Notes: a model not told the origin generated them from the letters alone. Counted from the whole stretch's first letter, positions 28,833 to 43,610 are shown. The stretch: DNA of 63,967 nt, filler included, from Intoshia linei (GCA_001642005.1; 8 parts of 8 records of this genome joined end to end with filler, not necessarily neighbours in it); one strand, 5' to 3'. Made by a program: numbers and translations.

Positions 28833-29879
28833 TACAATTACTAATTGTAATATTTATTAGTAGTTAATATTTAAAACAATTAGTGAATTAAAAGAGATTA
28901 ATTGGAACATCTTTCATCAACAAACCAAATATCTTCGACTTCACACATATTTTTGATTATTGATGTATCCACTTTGCAATCCAGTTTAAGATTTAATGAT
29001 ATGCACAATCGTACCTATATCAAATACATTTTTTTGTTCTAAATTCAAAAATAAATCGACAATGTCAATTAGACATTTAGTTAAATAAAATTAAAATATT
29101 ATAAACAATTTTAAATAATTACAAATTTTTGACATAAAATAACAGTTTTTGGGCAAGGCAGCTAATATATCGCTACGCTAAACAATATATTATTATGTAA
29201 TAATAATATTATAATTAATGTAATATAATATGTTACTTGATATTTTAACACTATGCGTGTTATATACTTCATATTCAGTAGTTAGAAAATATAGAAATGC
29301 TCACAAATTTCAAATATTAGCTTATGCATAGTGTTAATAAAATGGTTTTCAACCTTTTTGTATTCGTGACCCCTTATAAACATAAAAAATTTTCGCGACC
29401 CAAAAATTTTCTATATACTCCAAACATCATATCAATTCACATAAATAAAATTACTAAAAAAGCATATTCAGTTTTATTTATATTTTATACTGTGCTCACT
29501 GAGCACTGCTCAGTACAATGTATTATTACACTGTCCAACATTGCAAAAAGAAACTTAATGTAACATATATTAAAATAATCAGCTAATTTTAGTGATTCTA
29601 ACGATATACATATTTTTATAATTGAAGATCGGAAAACGTGATATTTTAATTAGTAATTTTACTATTCTATTAAATTTATACCCACAAAAAAACAGTGACA
29701 TTTTTTACATATCAAATAAAGTTTTTATTACATCTTTCAATTAATTAAAGCGATGAGTTAATTTTATAATTGCATTCTCACGAAAGATTTATACCAAGAA
29801 TTACACTGTTCAACACGTATACTACAAACTTACTGCGACCATCATAAATGAATTATTGACTGTTAGACTTTTCTAATGA

Positions 29880-30463
29880 ATATTTTGTACTTTTTAAAGA
29901 TCGTGATCGTCTGATGCAAAATAATTTTACCACCACTTTATATAAAACTTGGATTGGTTAAAAAATTTTTATGTGGATTGAATAGACAGTACCACTAAAG
30001 GCATTGCCATCATTAAAAAAAAATTTTCCTAATCTCAGCGACGCTAAATTAATGGCTGGTATACTAAATGGCCCACTATTAATTAGATTTATTAGAAATT
30101 AGAAAACTATTAAAAGATGTACACTTTCGATCTACTCTTAAACCTGAACAAAAAGATGCGTTTAATACTTTAGAAAATATAATCTCATTTTTTCTTGGAA
30201 ACAATCGATCTGAAAATTACAAGGATTTAATCTAAGAGTTATTAATAAAATACCAAGAAATGAACTGCCTTTATAGCATAAAAATGCATTACCTAGAATA
30301 TCATTTAGATTTCTTAGCGCTAAACTGCGGTATGTGGTCAGACGAAAAGGGTGAACAATTTCAGCAAACTATGATGTTATATAAAAGACGTTTTGGAAGA
30401 TGTAGATCATTAAATATGATTGGTGATTTTGTTTCGTGGTGTTCAATAAAAAATAAATTTTAA
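29880..30463 (+). pseudogene. DNA transposase relic, CMC/Chapaev-3-like
   Basis: Frameshifted motifs LPPLYIKLGLVK, FPNLSDAKL..GILNGP, FLGNNRSENY and KMHYLEYHLDF..WSDEKGEQFQQ. Compare LPPLHIKLG / SLKxHFLHSHLDF / SDEHGERFHQ. Superfamily assignment is from memory. Confidence 0.65.
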
Positions 30464-32631
30464 ATTTATCTAATTATTACTTTTTTTATTAAATATTTTT
30501 AATTGATACCTTCTTATATCTTAGTTTTTGAAATTTATGTCTATCACTTACATTCTTGATATTGAACAAGATTCGTCTAGGGGTAACCCGAAAAAGTTAA
30601 TTTTATGTGTAATGTAAGTAGTACATCCAGAAAATTTTCATTTCATATTGTTTGTCGATGTTGCCTTAAAATTAATTAAGGTAATTAAATAATTAATGAC
30701 AATTTTTTTATACATATGTAGACGTGTATGTCTATCTGTTAATTTTACGATTTGTAATATACAATATTAATTGTAAATAGACCTCACGGTCGAGTGTACC
30801 TCGTTAAAAAAAAATTTTGACCCTTAATTAAATCCAAAGTCGATCTTGAAATTAATAAAAATTTTTTAAAAATAGATTTTGACATTTGCGTTTTATTCAC
30901 GAATGAATTGATATCCAAAAATAATCTAAATGAAGTAGATCAAACCTATCAAATTACACTGATGTCTATTCGCAAGGAACGTGAAACAGAACAAGCGAAA
31001 ACGTTAAAGCGAACGCAATCATATGATCGTTACCAAGAAAGGTCTTCATTGAGAATGGACTTAGATACACTATCAAGTCAATATAGTGATGTATTTTAAT
31101 ATAAAAATAAATTTTTATCTTATGATGATTTTTTTTCAACAATTGCTACATCCCTAAGATTTTGTTGTATCTTTAACCAGATTTGATAAGTTTAGCAGTT
31201 TTTCAATTACTATATATTGGCATAAAATTCTGTAAATTTACTTTCGATTTTAACATGTAGACAAAAAAATAGATAGATTAGTTAATTTCAAAGGTTCAGA
31301 GAAACTCGATTTATTTAGTCAGATGTCATCTCTTTCTTTCAAATTTCAATATTTTTTTTTTATCACAGTAACATCATATTGTTGACTTTTTATCTAGAGT
31401 TTTTTAAATACATTAAATTAAGACTTTTTTAGGGTAACTAATTAAGATTTTCTTCGTCCCAATTTAAATGTTGAAAAATTTCCAACCATTCCAAATCTAA
31501 ACAACGACCAAATAAGTTAAAAACATTAAATCATTTCATAAAATATTGATTTACATAGTAGTTTTAAATACATAGCATTAGTAAATTTAATTTGTAAACA
31601 GTAATTATAAGAATAACTGAATACAACCGAGTTGTCAAGTTAAATTAAGTTGTACAGTCGAGTAAAAACGATATTATTTAGTTTTCAACAATTTTATTCA
31701 GTGAAAACAGTAAATCCTAAAAATTTTTTTATGCGCTAACAGGTATGATTGTGTAAAATGTATTAGCTGTAATTTTTTTTTAAAAAATGGCAATCTGAAA
31801 TTTTGGTCGACATATATTATAATGCTTATTATTTTAAAAGCTATCCCAAAATTTATATTTTATAAAATTTTAGTATATGTTTCATTTTGAAAACAATTTT
31901 ATAAATAAATGGACACATTCAATTTTATATAAATAAAAGATTAAAAATAATTTTTTACTGGGAATACGTAGATTTCTGGGATTGAAATTTTGTATTTGTA
32001 TCAAATGAAATAAGCTGTATCAGAATAATCTTTCTTTTTTTAATTGTAAGACCGTTAATTATTTCACATTTTTTGTTTTAATTATGTTCATTTACCATTC
32101 TAACTATGGTCCTAATTTCTGGACGTTGACATTAATATTATAAAATAATTTTTTTATATATCGACATAAATGAAGTCATCAAGTCTTTCTATACTTACAT
32201 ACAAATATTATTTAACAAGTAGCCAGGTAAATATTGAATTATTTTTTAATAATATCTGTAGATACTTGCATGTAACATTACAATAATATGGAGTTAATAA
32301 GGTTAGTATAACACGTTCATCAATATAACAATTTTTAATAAATAAATGTATATGATACATTACTATTGTAGTATATTAAGATAACCAAAATATTTCTAAC
32401 TGTATGCAAAATCAAGTAAAAAATATAATAATAGGATATATAAATACAAAAACAATGCCTTAGATGTACTGGTTTAGTAGTTTATATAATACATCAAAAT
32501 TAGTTTTACAATAATTTGAATCTAGATTCTAGAGTTCAAACCTTGGAATTAACTTGAATAAAGTTTGAAAATTTCGTTTTAAATTTAGTAAATATTTGTC
32601 TTATCTTAAAAATTTGAAATTTCATAAAAAT

Positions 32632-35600
32632 ATGAAATATATTTTGGTTAGTGGAGGCGTAATAAGTGGACTAGGGAAAGGTATAGTTTCATGTAGTATT
32701 GGAGCAATATTAACAGAATGTAATGTACCCCTTTGTATGATTAAAATTGACCCATACTTAAATATTGACGCTGGAACGTTTTCGCCATATGAGCATGGTA
32801 TTCAATTTTATGTTAAAATAATGTTAATTGTATAGGGGAAGTGTATATTTTAAATGACGGTGGTGAAGTTGATTTAGATTTGGGACATTATGAAAGATTT
32901 TGTGATTTGACATTGACTAGTGATAATAATATTACTTCTGGTAAAATATATCACAATATAATAAACAAGGAACGACATGGTGACTATCTTGGACAAACAG
33001 TTCAAGGTTTGTATTTTATTTGAGGATGAAAACTGAAAATAATTTATTTTTAGTCGTTCCACACATGGTAAATTCAATAGAAACGTGGATTAAGAATGTT
33101 GCTTTAAAAAGTTGTAGCAAAGATGGGAAAACTCCAGAAGTTTGCATTATTGAGGTACTTTATCCATTTGTAGTGTGTATTGTTTTATCAGTTAGGTGGC
33201 ACAACCGGTGATATTGAGGGAATGGCTTTTTTCGAAGCTTTTAGACACATGCAATTTCATTTAGAAGATAACAATTTTTGTAGTGTTCATGTTAGCTTGT
33301 TACCAGAGGTTAATGTATGATTACCTTTTTACATTTTTTAGACTTCGAATGGAGAAATTAAAACTAAACCAACACAACACAGTATAAAATCATTACTTTC
33401 GAGGGGGTTACAAACCGATATTGTAATTTTTTATAATTTAATTAATTTATTAAATACCAATATCAATATTGTTGCAACTCGCGATATTATATTTTAATAT
33501 TACATTATAATTTACCTTAAATATTCACACTCTTTCCAACACAAAATATAATCACAATTGTTTAAGTTTAAAAATTATACACTGTGAAATGTAATTAATA
33601 TTACCTGGTGAAAATATAAACGCATTACCGCCAAACTGAATATTAAAGTTTATTATAATTATTAATATACATGACAAATTTGTAATATTACCTTTTGCAA
33701 CAATATTGATTTGGCGCAAAAAATTAAACTTATACACATTTTTATTGTAAATTTTTATTATACAGTTGGTTTTACGATCTAGAAGACAAATCCATGAACG
33801 AATTCCTAAGAAACTTGCCAATCTTTGTCAAGTTCGTGGAGAAAGAGTAATTTTTTATTTATTTTAAATTACGTTTTAAAAATAATATTTGCAGATAATT
33901 TGTCTGCATGATGTTGACTGTTTGTATAAAGTTCCCATTATGATAGAACAGCAAGGATTAATCAACATGCTGAATACTGTTTTGGAATCAAATTTTACTC
34001 TTAATACCAACAAAATGTCCAAATGGGAAGATTTATTGTATAGGTATTTTAACCTTTAGTTACTACATGTTGTTTATTTTTGATTTTTATAAATTTAAAC
34101 TATTTCATGAATTTTTACTCACATTAATACTCATTTTTGTTTTTTTACAATTTTATGATTAAATGGTTAATTTAATTTTTTAACAAGAAGTAAAGGACCA
34201 ATGCACTTTTACGAATCCTTATGGGGAAGGTAAAACAAGAAAATCGTATGTATTTAAATTAAATTTAATTACATTTGAGAGTTGGTAGTAATTTTTTTAA
34301 CAGAGCTTGGTAGATGTAAATTTTTCTTTCAGAAATTGATAAGAGTCTATTTTTTACTATTATTAACAATTGATATGATTTGCGCAATTTTAAGTACCCA
34401 CCAATTTTTCAATGTTACTAAAACATTGCAATTTAGATCAATTTATTATAAAGAAATGATATCGATAGGGCTAGTAGGCAAATATACAAAACTCAGCGAC
34501 ACGTATAAATCTGTGCTGGATGCTTTACAAAGTGCAGCATTACATATGAATTATAAAGTGGACATAATACTCATTGAATCAAAAAATTTGGTTGAAAAAA
34601 TTGATAAACCGGGTAAAACTGAAAAAAATGATACCAATGAGGATATAGAATCAATTAGAACGACAAAATGCACGAAAAATCGCCGATTATCTTATAGTGA
34701 CCCTTCAGATGCATGGAAAGCTCTCAAAGCGTGTGATGGCGTTTTGGTTCCAGGTGGGTTTGGAGATAGAGGCATTTTAGGAAAAATTAATGCCATACAG
34801 TATGCTAGAACTAATGACATTCCATTTTTAGGTATATAAAATTATTTATTTTTTAAATTCAATTAAATTTTATAAAATGAATTGTCTCGTATAAAAATAA
34901 AAAAATGCCAGTGTAGTTTAATAGCCAATGTATGACATGCTATAAATTACACTTAATATAATTTATTTAATGGTTAATTAATTACCTATCAAATTTGACA
35001 ATAATTCTATAATTTAAATCTTTCAAATTTTTCACCTGAATCTGATGTCTACTGATAATGTATTTATGATAGAATCGCATAGTTTTTTATTTACACCCAA
35101 CAGATTGCATGTAAATAATACATTTTTGTAATCAATTGTATTAGTGCAGTGTTTCTGACTGACTTGCAGACTGGTGTTAGCAGACCCTGGGGTTTCGTAG
35201 AATGTTCCAGGGGTCCGCGAAATATTTTATGAAAAATTTTATGGTTACAATGGACTAAAAACTCAATTTATGAATCGTTTCCAACACTTTATAATTTTTT
35301 AAAACTATCTAAACAAGAAAATTGTAATGATTTATGAACAATTTTTATTGATCATTTAACTTCTCTAAAAAATTAATTCAGAAATTATTTTCATATGCAA
35401 GATTTATGTAATAATTAGATTAGAAATCATTTCTGTTTAAATATTGTAGATTCTAAAAAATTATCTATACTCAGCAGGATATCCTTGTCGATTTATCTGT
35501 GAAAATTTATTATCGAAAAAATATTTTATAATGGGGCCCGCAAATATTATTTGGTAAAATTGGGGTCCGTTTGTGTTTTAGTGTATTATTTGCAGTAACT

Positions 35601-37678
35601 TGTATAAATCTATAATATGTAATAAATCCCAAGAGAAAATCAGCTAAAATTGAAATTTTCTCTAAATATTTGGTTAATTTTCAATTTTTGGTTATATATT
35701 TCTATATTTTCTCATTATAGTTTATAAAAGTAGATTATTCGCATGAGATATAAACTAACGTAAAACTATTATTTTCTTAATTTAATTATTTATTATAATT
35801 CAATCTAAAATGTATTAACATTATTATAAACACAATTTTCAATTGAACAATCTTGAAATATTAATTTATCACATATATAATCATAATTATGATAATTAAA
35901 TAAAATTTTAAACATTTTATTTTTAATTGTTATTTAAATTTAATAAGTATTATAAAATAGTACTTTTTTTATTTATTTTTTTTGGTATATTTAATTGTTT
36001 TAGGAATTTGCCTAGGATTGCAATGTGCTGTAATTGAATTTGCTAGAAATGAATTACATTTGACTGATGCAAATTCAATAGAATTTGATTTCAATACTCA
36101 ACACCCTGTGGTATTTTTACAAGATAACTAATATATAATTGTATTATTGTTATACTTACTTGGATATCAGGGAGGCAAGGGTAAGGTTTTTGCGTCTCGT
36201 AAGCAACTTTTTTATATCGAAAAAATTATACTGGCCCCGTTTTTTAAAATTTACACATAATAAATTTCAACTTTAACTGAAGAGAAACGGTTCAATGTAG
36301 TATAACCAACAAAACATATCCGGGCAATCTGAAAATTCAGAATTAAAATGATTATAATGAGCTAATTATAGTAGAAAATGTTTAAAAATAAATAATTTAC
36401 ATATTTACTCAAAGAGCCACCATAATTATTCTTGAACCACTTTTGGCCCGCGGCCACTGGTTTCCGACACCTGTTATATATCTTACTCTATTATTGGAAT
36501 TCCAATTTTATGTTAAATTTTAGGTTATTGAAATGTTGGAATATGATAGTGTGAACAAAGGAGGAACAATGAGACTTGGATTGAAAGAAACTATTTTTAA
36601 TGAACCCTGTTATTTACGTAATGATTAATTTTTTAAATATATCTCTAATTGAGCAGGCGAATCCTTTTAAATTTGTTATTTAAATGTTAAAATGAGAAAC
36701 AAGATATAGTATATGCAATTAAAACTAAATATTTTTTGTGCTCTTGGATTGAGTTTTTGACAAAGAATTTAACTTGTAATAAAAAGCTTGAAAACTTGGT
36801 AGCTTTATTGAGCTTATATTCCAATCCATTATAATTATATGAACATAACTGGTCAAATTTGGTAGATAGTGTCTACTAGATAATTGATAAATAGGCTGAT
36901 TGGATGACACTGCGAAACGATATTATATTCATGGCTTTATATTTTAAATTTGTGGGTCCTAACTATTTATTAATTTTTCATTATTTATACCATTTTTTAT
37001 GTAGAAGATTTGTATGGATCCAACAGTGCCCATGAAAGACATCGTCATAGATACGAGGTAATTATTATTTGAATTATCCAATACAGAACCGAACGTACCA
37101 AGCTTGAGGCCACCCGAAAATGAACAATAGGCTGTACAAAAATTTTTTTGCAATCTATGAATTTTGTCATATAGACCTATCCTTCTCTCAAAGGCTCTTG
37201 ATTTGATATTTTTAATTTAACACATAAAATCGTTATGATTAATATAAACTAATGTACATAATAATACAAATCTATATGTAAATACAAACTTCATAAATAA
37301 AAAAAGAGTGTATTGTATTTAGGTTAATCAAAATTATGTTGAACAACTCGAATCTAAAGGAATGAAATTTGTTGGAAAGAATAAAGAGGGAAATAGAATG
37401 GAAATATTATCTTTAAAAGGTATTATAATGCTATTAATGTTTTTGCTAATGTTGTTTTCTACATTTCATTGTATATAATGTAATACTCCTTTTATATAAC
37501 ACTTTTAATATTATGAATGAAAATGAGACAAATAAACTTTTAAATTAATTTAGATCACCCCTACTTTTATGGCGTTCAATACCACCCAGAATTTTTATCA
37601 AAACCAAACAAACCATCTCCACCTTTTCTAGGATTAATTAAAAAAAGTATAGAATATCAAACAAAAAAATTTAGCTAG
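32632..37678 (+). CDS. CTPS: CTP synthase (multi-exon, complete)
   Basis: [81 protein letters not shown], catalytic GICLGLQ (exon at ~36004), ERHRHRYE, and QYHPEF...SPPFLG ending TAG at 37676-37678. Confidence 0.97.
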
Positions 37679-37802
37679 AAAATAAATTAATCTACATGAT
37701 TAATTTTTACTAAGTTGGTGTAAATAAAATATCAAATTGAAATTTGTATCATTTTTGGATTTATAAATATTTTGTATTATTTTTTATTAAAATAAGAAAT
37801 AT

Positions 37803-37986
37803 TCACTCGTCTATTTTGGAGTTTGTATTTATAGATATATCGTTTGATCGGATAATGTTCCAGTCAAATTTTTGATCGTATTGATAGTGCATTCGTTTTT
37901 TAAATAGTCGGCGAAATAGTTGAGATCGTATGTATCCGTAATCTGGATCTTCGTCAAATCTCTGAGCGTGAACGTATTTTAAATAT
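37803..37986 (-). CDS. Casein kinase 1 family kinase, terminal exon (rest probably in the gap at 38291-38390)
   Basis: After the acceptor CATTTAG it reads YLKYVHAQRFDEDPDYGYIRSQLFRRLFKKRMHYQYDQKFDWN..., matching the CK1 C-lobe end (YLxYxRxLxFxxxPDYxYLRxLF...YDxxFDW). Not in the ORF track. Confidence 0.8.
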
Positions 37987-39506
37987 CTAAATGTAATTTT
38001 ACGCTAGTGTAAAATTGGTTAAAACTGAAGTATGCGGGATAATTGCAAACCCTAGTCTAAGTATAATAATATGGACTCTATTTATTAACCTTTACAAATT
38101 AAATTAATTTGAAGAATAATACATTTGGTTTGAACAACAAATATTGATACTAAAATGCTTTTTTGACGGTGAAGTCGTCACTTATTCGGACTGAAATTTT
38201 TTGTGTGTGTTACCAGGATACAACTGCACCACCTGTAATTTTTTTAAATTCTAGGGCTGTTTTCATAAAAAAAGGGTAATTTGTGGTTTTNNNNNNNNNN
38301 NNNNNNNNNNNNNNNNNNNNNNNNNNNNNNNNNNTTAATTAATTAANNNNNNNNNNNNNNNNNNNNNNNNNNNNNNNNNNNNNNNNNNNNAACAAAGCTT
38401 TCGGTTTCAAAATAATATCAGATAGCTGCATTGAAATAAATTTGCTAAGTTGAATTTGTAGTATAATTAGTAAGATTTAAATAAGAGAGCTTTTAATAGA
38501 ACAAGCAAATTCAACTTAGGTTGATAATATAGATAGATAACAATCAATCTCATCTTCAATCTTCATAGTGATATTATTTATCACTACATATATAATATTA
38601 CTATTTGAATATATCCATCAAATAATGACCAAATTTTGAAATATAATATTTATTTGTCATGTTTTATTATTAATCATTATTTGCTATGATTCCCCAAAAT
38701 TAATAATAAACCAAATGAAAGAATTGGTAACCCGAGATTTTTTTAACTTGATGAAATTTTGCGTTTATATGTGACATTGGTGCCGAGCAGTGCAGAATCT
38801 ACCCTACCGATAACCCTATTCGGGGCCTCAACGAAATTTTTGTAAAAATTGAGAATTAAAAAAAATAGATTAATGTATATATTCCTGAATATTTTGACTA
38901 TTTTGTGTTAGATTAACATTCTCAAGTAAAGATCATTGGTTCGGTGGCTAGGGACTACATGACACTACAATTTGTTTGCCAAATTTTTCTTAAGGGTCTA
39001 TTTTTCATTTTCTGATAACCTTGAGCTTGATAGGTTCGGCTCTAGTTCGGTTCCAAATTCGGAAATGATTAAGAATCCATAACATAATGTGTTCAGTTTT
39101 TAGTATTTGAGTATTTTTAGATGTCAAAGCTCAAAAATGAATTGTTGCATCTAGTAAATGCAGATAATGAAAAAGTTTCGAAAATTTTGGATAAGTATCA
39201 TGAAAACAATGTACTTTTAACTTTTATAATGATAAACAGGCTGAATTAATCTATTAATTAATTAAATAACCTTACCAGGCCAGTAATTTAATTTTTTTAC
39301 AATTCGACCCAAGAGTCGAGACAAACATGCTCAACATTCTTAGTAAACATTTCTTACATCTAAAGCATATAAGGCTCTACTGTAGACTAGGTTTCTGCAA
39401 CATGATGTGAAGCACGAAGCGACGCGATTAAAACCGAACACGAATTAAACAAATTGTTGCGATACGACCCGAAGAACGAACTATAGCATTTATATAGCAA
39501 AATATC

Positions 39507-40540
39507 TTTACTTATAGAATATGCTATGCAATATTTGTATGTGTTGTCGTTTATTTCAATAACTACCAGTCTTAGAATTTTATAAAGTCTACATTTCAAT
39601 TACAGTTTTTTCCGAGTGTGTTAGCAAAATAAATTTCAATCTCTCAAACTGACATTTTACGGGTCAAAAAGCCCAATTGTCCTTTTTTTTGAATATCAAA
39701 CGAGTTGGAGAATTTAAAAAAATATATACGCTGATATGGATTTTAAAATCATAAATATTATCATAAATTTAAATTTAAAAAAAATATATCTTCAGGCCAA
39801 AATCCCAAATTACTCTTTTTTTTTTAATGAAAACAGCCCTAGAATTTAAAAAAATTTACAGATTGTACAGTGTATCCTGTATACACACAAAAAATATGAA
39901 ATAATTCACGGTTCAAAAATTTAAAAAAAGGATTATTATGATAGAACTTATTCCAGTTAATATAAATACAAAATTTCAACCCCAGAAAACTACGTATTCC
40001 CGGTGAAAAATAAATTTTAATATATTATCAACCAATATTTTTCAAATATTTCGATTAAAATACAAATTGAAAATGTAAATGTCGATTTCAAAAAAAATGT
40101 GTATTGCACGTCTACACATTTCCAATAAAGAAATATGGGTGAAAATCTATATAAGTCATTCCTTCGCAATTTTTCAATCTCAAATTCTTATTTTCAAAAC
40201 ATTTTTTTTAAAAATTAAATTAAAACTACAACAACGAATTACTAAAAGTAATACAACTTTTTTACTATCATTTTTATATTTATTACAATCCTTTGCAATA
40301 TTGGTAAAATTAACCTGAAATCCTAACTTATATAATATGCTACGCGATTTTTGTTTGTGTGTGTGTTCCACTTTATTGAAACAGCTACCAGTCTTAGAAT
40401 TTTATAAAGTCCACATTTCTATTATAGTTTTTTTTCGGGAGTGAAAGTAAGATAAATTTCAACTTTCGAAATACAGATATTACCTGTCTAAAATCCCTAA
40501 TTTTCCTTTTTTTTGAAAATCAAATGATTTCTCAAAAATT
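39507..40540 (+). mobile_element. Helitron-like family copies (one long copy plus one 5' fragment)
   Basis: Family core at ~39507-40200 and a second 5' end (ATCCTAACTTATATAATATGCTACGC) at ~40320. Confidence 0.6.
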
Positions 40541-40688
40541 TTTTACATGATTATGATTCGTACATGATGAGTCATTATTGATGACTCATATATCTTCCAA
40601 TTTTCGATATAGTAACCATACACATTGATGAACAATTGGTCAAGAAATTTGGGAACCCTTAAATTATGTTATTATTATTTTATTACAG

Positions 40689-41313
40689 ATTGATGAACCA
40701 ACGTATCAGGAAAATATTCAAGAAATCGAATCTTGTTTTAGTCAATTTACGCTTTTTGAAATAATAAATAAGTTGAAGGATTGTAACTCAGAATGGTCAA
40801 AAAAGGAATTATTGAGAATAAAAACAAAATCTCCAATTTCTCTATTATTGACACACCAATTAATTAGACAAGGTTGTAATATGAATTTGAAGGAATGTTT
40901 AAAAATGGAATATCGTGTCGCCATTCGATGTATGCAAAATCATGATTTTTACCAAGGTGTAAAAAGTGGTATGTTTATTGAGAAATGCTCAAGTTTTAAT
41001 TGATATATTCCATTCAAAAGCGTTTACTTTTCATTATCGTTCCGTAGGTTTTGCGAAAATAAAAATTTAAGGTTTAACCATCTTAATTACCATCACTACT
41101 ATCGTTAGTGGGGTTTTCCAACAAAAATTGTAAAATTACACCTCCCTTATGCAAAATGCTTGTTACACATTACGCTAATTAAATATATATATTTTAGTTT
41201 TAATTGATCGTAAAAATACTCCAATTTGGCAACACTCTAAATTGAACGAATCCATCAAATTTGCACCTTACTTTAGACCATTTGAAAATGAGAATGAAGA
41301 TTTAAATTTTTAA
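40689..41313 (+). CDS. HIBCH: 3-hydroxyisobutyryl-CoA hydrolase, last two exons
   Basis: Exon 40689..40968 IESCFS..KSPISLLLTHQLIRQG..LKECLKMEYRVAIRCMQNHDFYQGVKS. Exon 41198..41313 VLIDRKNTPIW...YFRP. A probable upstream exon lies near 39154-39211 (KVSKILDKYH). Confidence 0.85.
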
Positions 41314-41700
41314 ATAAAATGTAATTTTATAATAATAAATGTAAAATTATGCTTCACATTTTCCCGATAATTACATGTATCGATTAAATAGTGCAAAAAT
41401 ATCATTATTGTCACAAGCGGAATCCACTATATAAATTTATTGACATTATTGTGAATCAATGTACCCATAATATTATAATAATCAAACAATATATGCATGT
41501 AACTACATACTGATGTATGTACTGAATTGACTAATAAACAAAAGTTACAAACAAGTTTACAATACTTGGAATAGTCATCAAAAATTTTAATTATTAAATC
41601 CAGTCAAATATCGTAGTCAAATTAACTGATTAAAAAAACCAGTTGGAGTTTTATCAAGATTGTAAATTTAGCATAGCGAATATAAATCATATAATATAAC

Positions 41701-42101
41701 ATGGAAGATGATTCGAAAAAAAATAAATTTTGTGCACCATTAACTGAGGTACATTGTTTAGAATTTAAATTTCTAAAGAATTAGGAAGAAAAAGCTATTC
41801 TATTGAAAGAACAGGAAAGTATATTGAAATTAAAATATGGCAATCATGCTTTAATGAGACAAAAATCAAAATCCAATGTTCAAAGGGTAAAATTTTGAAA
41901 GGGTAGTGTTTGTTTCAATTTTTTCAAATTTAGCAATATTTTGATTCTGCTGACTACAGTATGGCTCAAGCTCGAAATGTTAATATGCCCAAATTCCCAC
42001 CTGCACATCTCGCCAAACAAACTAGTTCGGAAAAATTAGTAGAAATTGATATAGCACAAAATATTGAAGCGAGAGAATCTGATATGGATGTTGATAAATA
42101 A
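41701..42101 (+). CDS. ENSA: Endosulfine / ARPP-19 family PP2A-B55 inhibitor
   Basis: join(41701..41748,41785..41886,41934..42101) is in frame. It encodes EQESILKLKYG and QYFDSADYSMA (Greatwall-site motif FDSxDY). Not in the ORF track. Confidence 0.8.
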
Positions 42102-42751
42102 TGTATTAAATTGTATCAAAGTTTTTCAAATTTCATTATTAATTGTCGTATATCAAAAATTAGCCAAGCAAACATTAAGTGAAGATAAGTTTATTCTTCC
42201 TGTCGTATGATACACTACGACTCGTAATCTATAACTCCATATTTACTTTGTATGTATAATACCAATTCTTATTTTCCTAGTACCACCTAGCTCTACTAAG
42301 GGGGACTTTTTTAATTCTAATAAAAAAATTTATTTTAATAACATTTGTGTAAAGATATCACTGGCTATAACTATCAGCTTTAATTTTTGTAAAAGTAAAT
42401 GCAGAATTTACTTTTTATAAAATTTTAGGACATTATTAATTTGTAAAGCAAAGAGTCATTTGTGGTTATGACCATGAAGGTATGCGTTTCTGGTTTTCTC
42501 GTAGGACTTTGAGGTTGTGATTTACGACAATGTTAATGATTTCAAAACGCTTCCCAGAATTTATGTATTTATAAATTGTTGGGCTGATTTTATTTTTAAA
42601 AAAAGGGAAATTGGTTTTTGACTGTATCACTCAATGTCTAAAAATGAAATTTATATATTAACATCACTCGCTGAAAACTATTTGAAATTGTGTTTTTTTA
42701 AATTGTACGGCGGTTAATTTGTTAAATATACGGTAAAACACATACCTTTAA

Positions 42752-43610
42752 TCTTTACTTATATATTATGCTACGCAATATTTGTTTGTGTCTGTGTGTG
42801 TTCCACTTTATTTCAATAACTACCAGTCTTAGAATTTTATAAAGTCCACATCGTTTATTTCAATAACTACCAGTCTTAGAATTTTATAAAGTCCACATTT
42901 CAATTACAGTTTTTTTGGGGTGATAAGAAGATAAATTTCAACCTCCCAAACTCATATCTTACGGATCACAAACCCCAATTGTCCTTTTTTTTGAAAATCA
43001 AACGAGTAGGAGAATTTAAAAAAATACATACGCTGATACGGATTTTAAAATCATAAACATTATCATAAATTTTAATTTAAAAAAAATATATTTTTAGGGC
43101 CAAAACCACAAACTACCCTTTTTTATGAAAACAGCCTTAGAATTTAAACAAATTGACAAGTTGTACAGTTTTATCCTGTTAACACACACATATAATTTCA
43201 ATCCGAATAAGTGACGACTTCACGGTCAAAAAAGCATTTTAGTATTCATATATTTTTTTCTGAAATATTTTATTACAAAAAAAAGAAATGTGAAATAATT
43301 AACGGTCCGAAAATTAAAAAAAAGATTATTCTGATAGAGGCTTATTCCAGTTGATATAAATAAAAATGTCAACCCCAGAAATCTACGCATTCCCGTTGAA
43401 AAATAATTTTTAATATATTATCAACCAATATTTTTCAAATATTTCGATCAAAATAGAAAATGTAAATATTGATCCTACAATTTCAATAAAAATGTGCATT
43501 AAACGTCTACACTGTAGACTCAACACATTTCTAATAAAGAAATATGGGTGAAAATCTATATAATTCATTCCTTCGGAATTTCTTTCATTGCTACGCAATT
43601 TATAAATTCT
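42752..43610 (+). mobile_element. Helitron-like family copy
   Basis: A|TCTTTACTTATATATTATGCTACGCAA 5' end. Contains an internal ~45 bp direct duplication (TTTATTTCAATAACTACCAGTCTTAGAATTTTATAAAGTCCACAT x2). Confidence 0.65.

Noticed and set aside
32520-32550. GTTCAAACC box-B-like motif suggesting a tRNA
   Set aside because: No cloverleaf stems or box A could be built around it.
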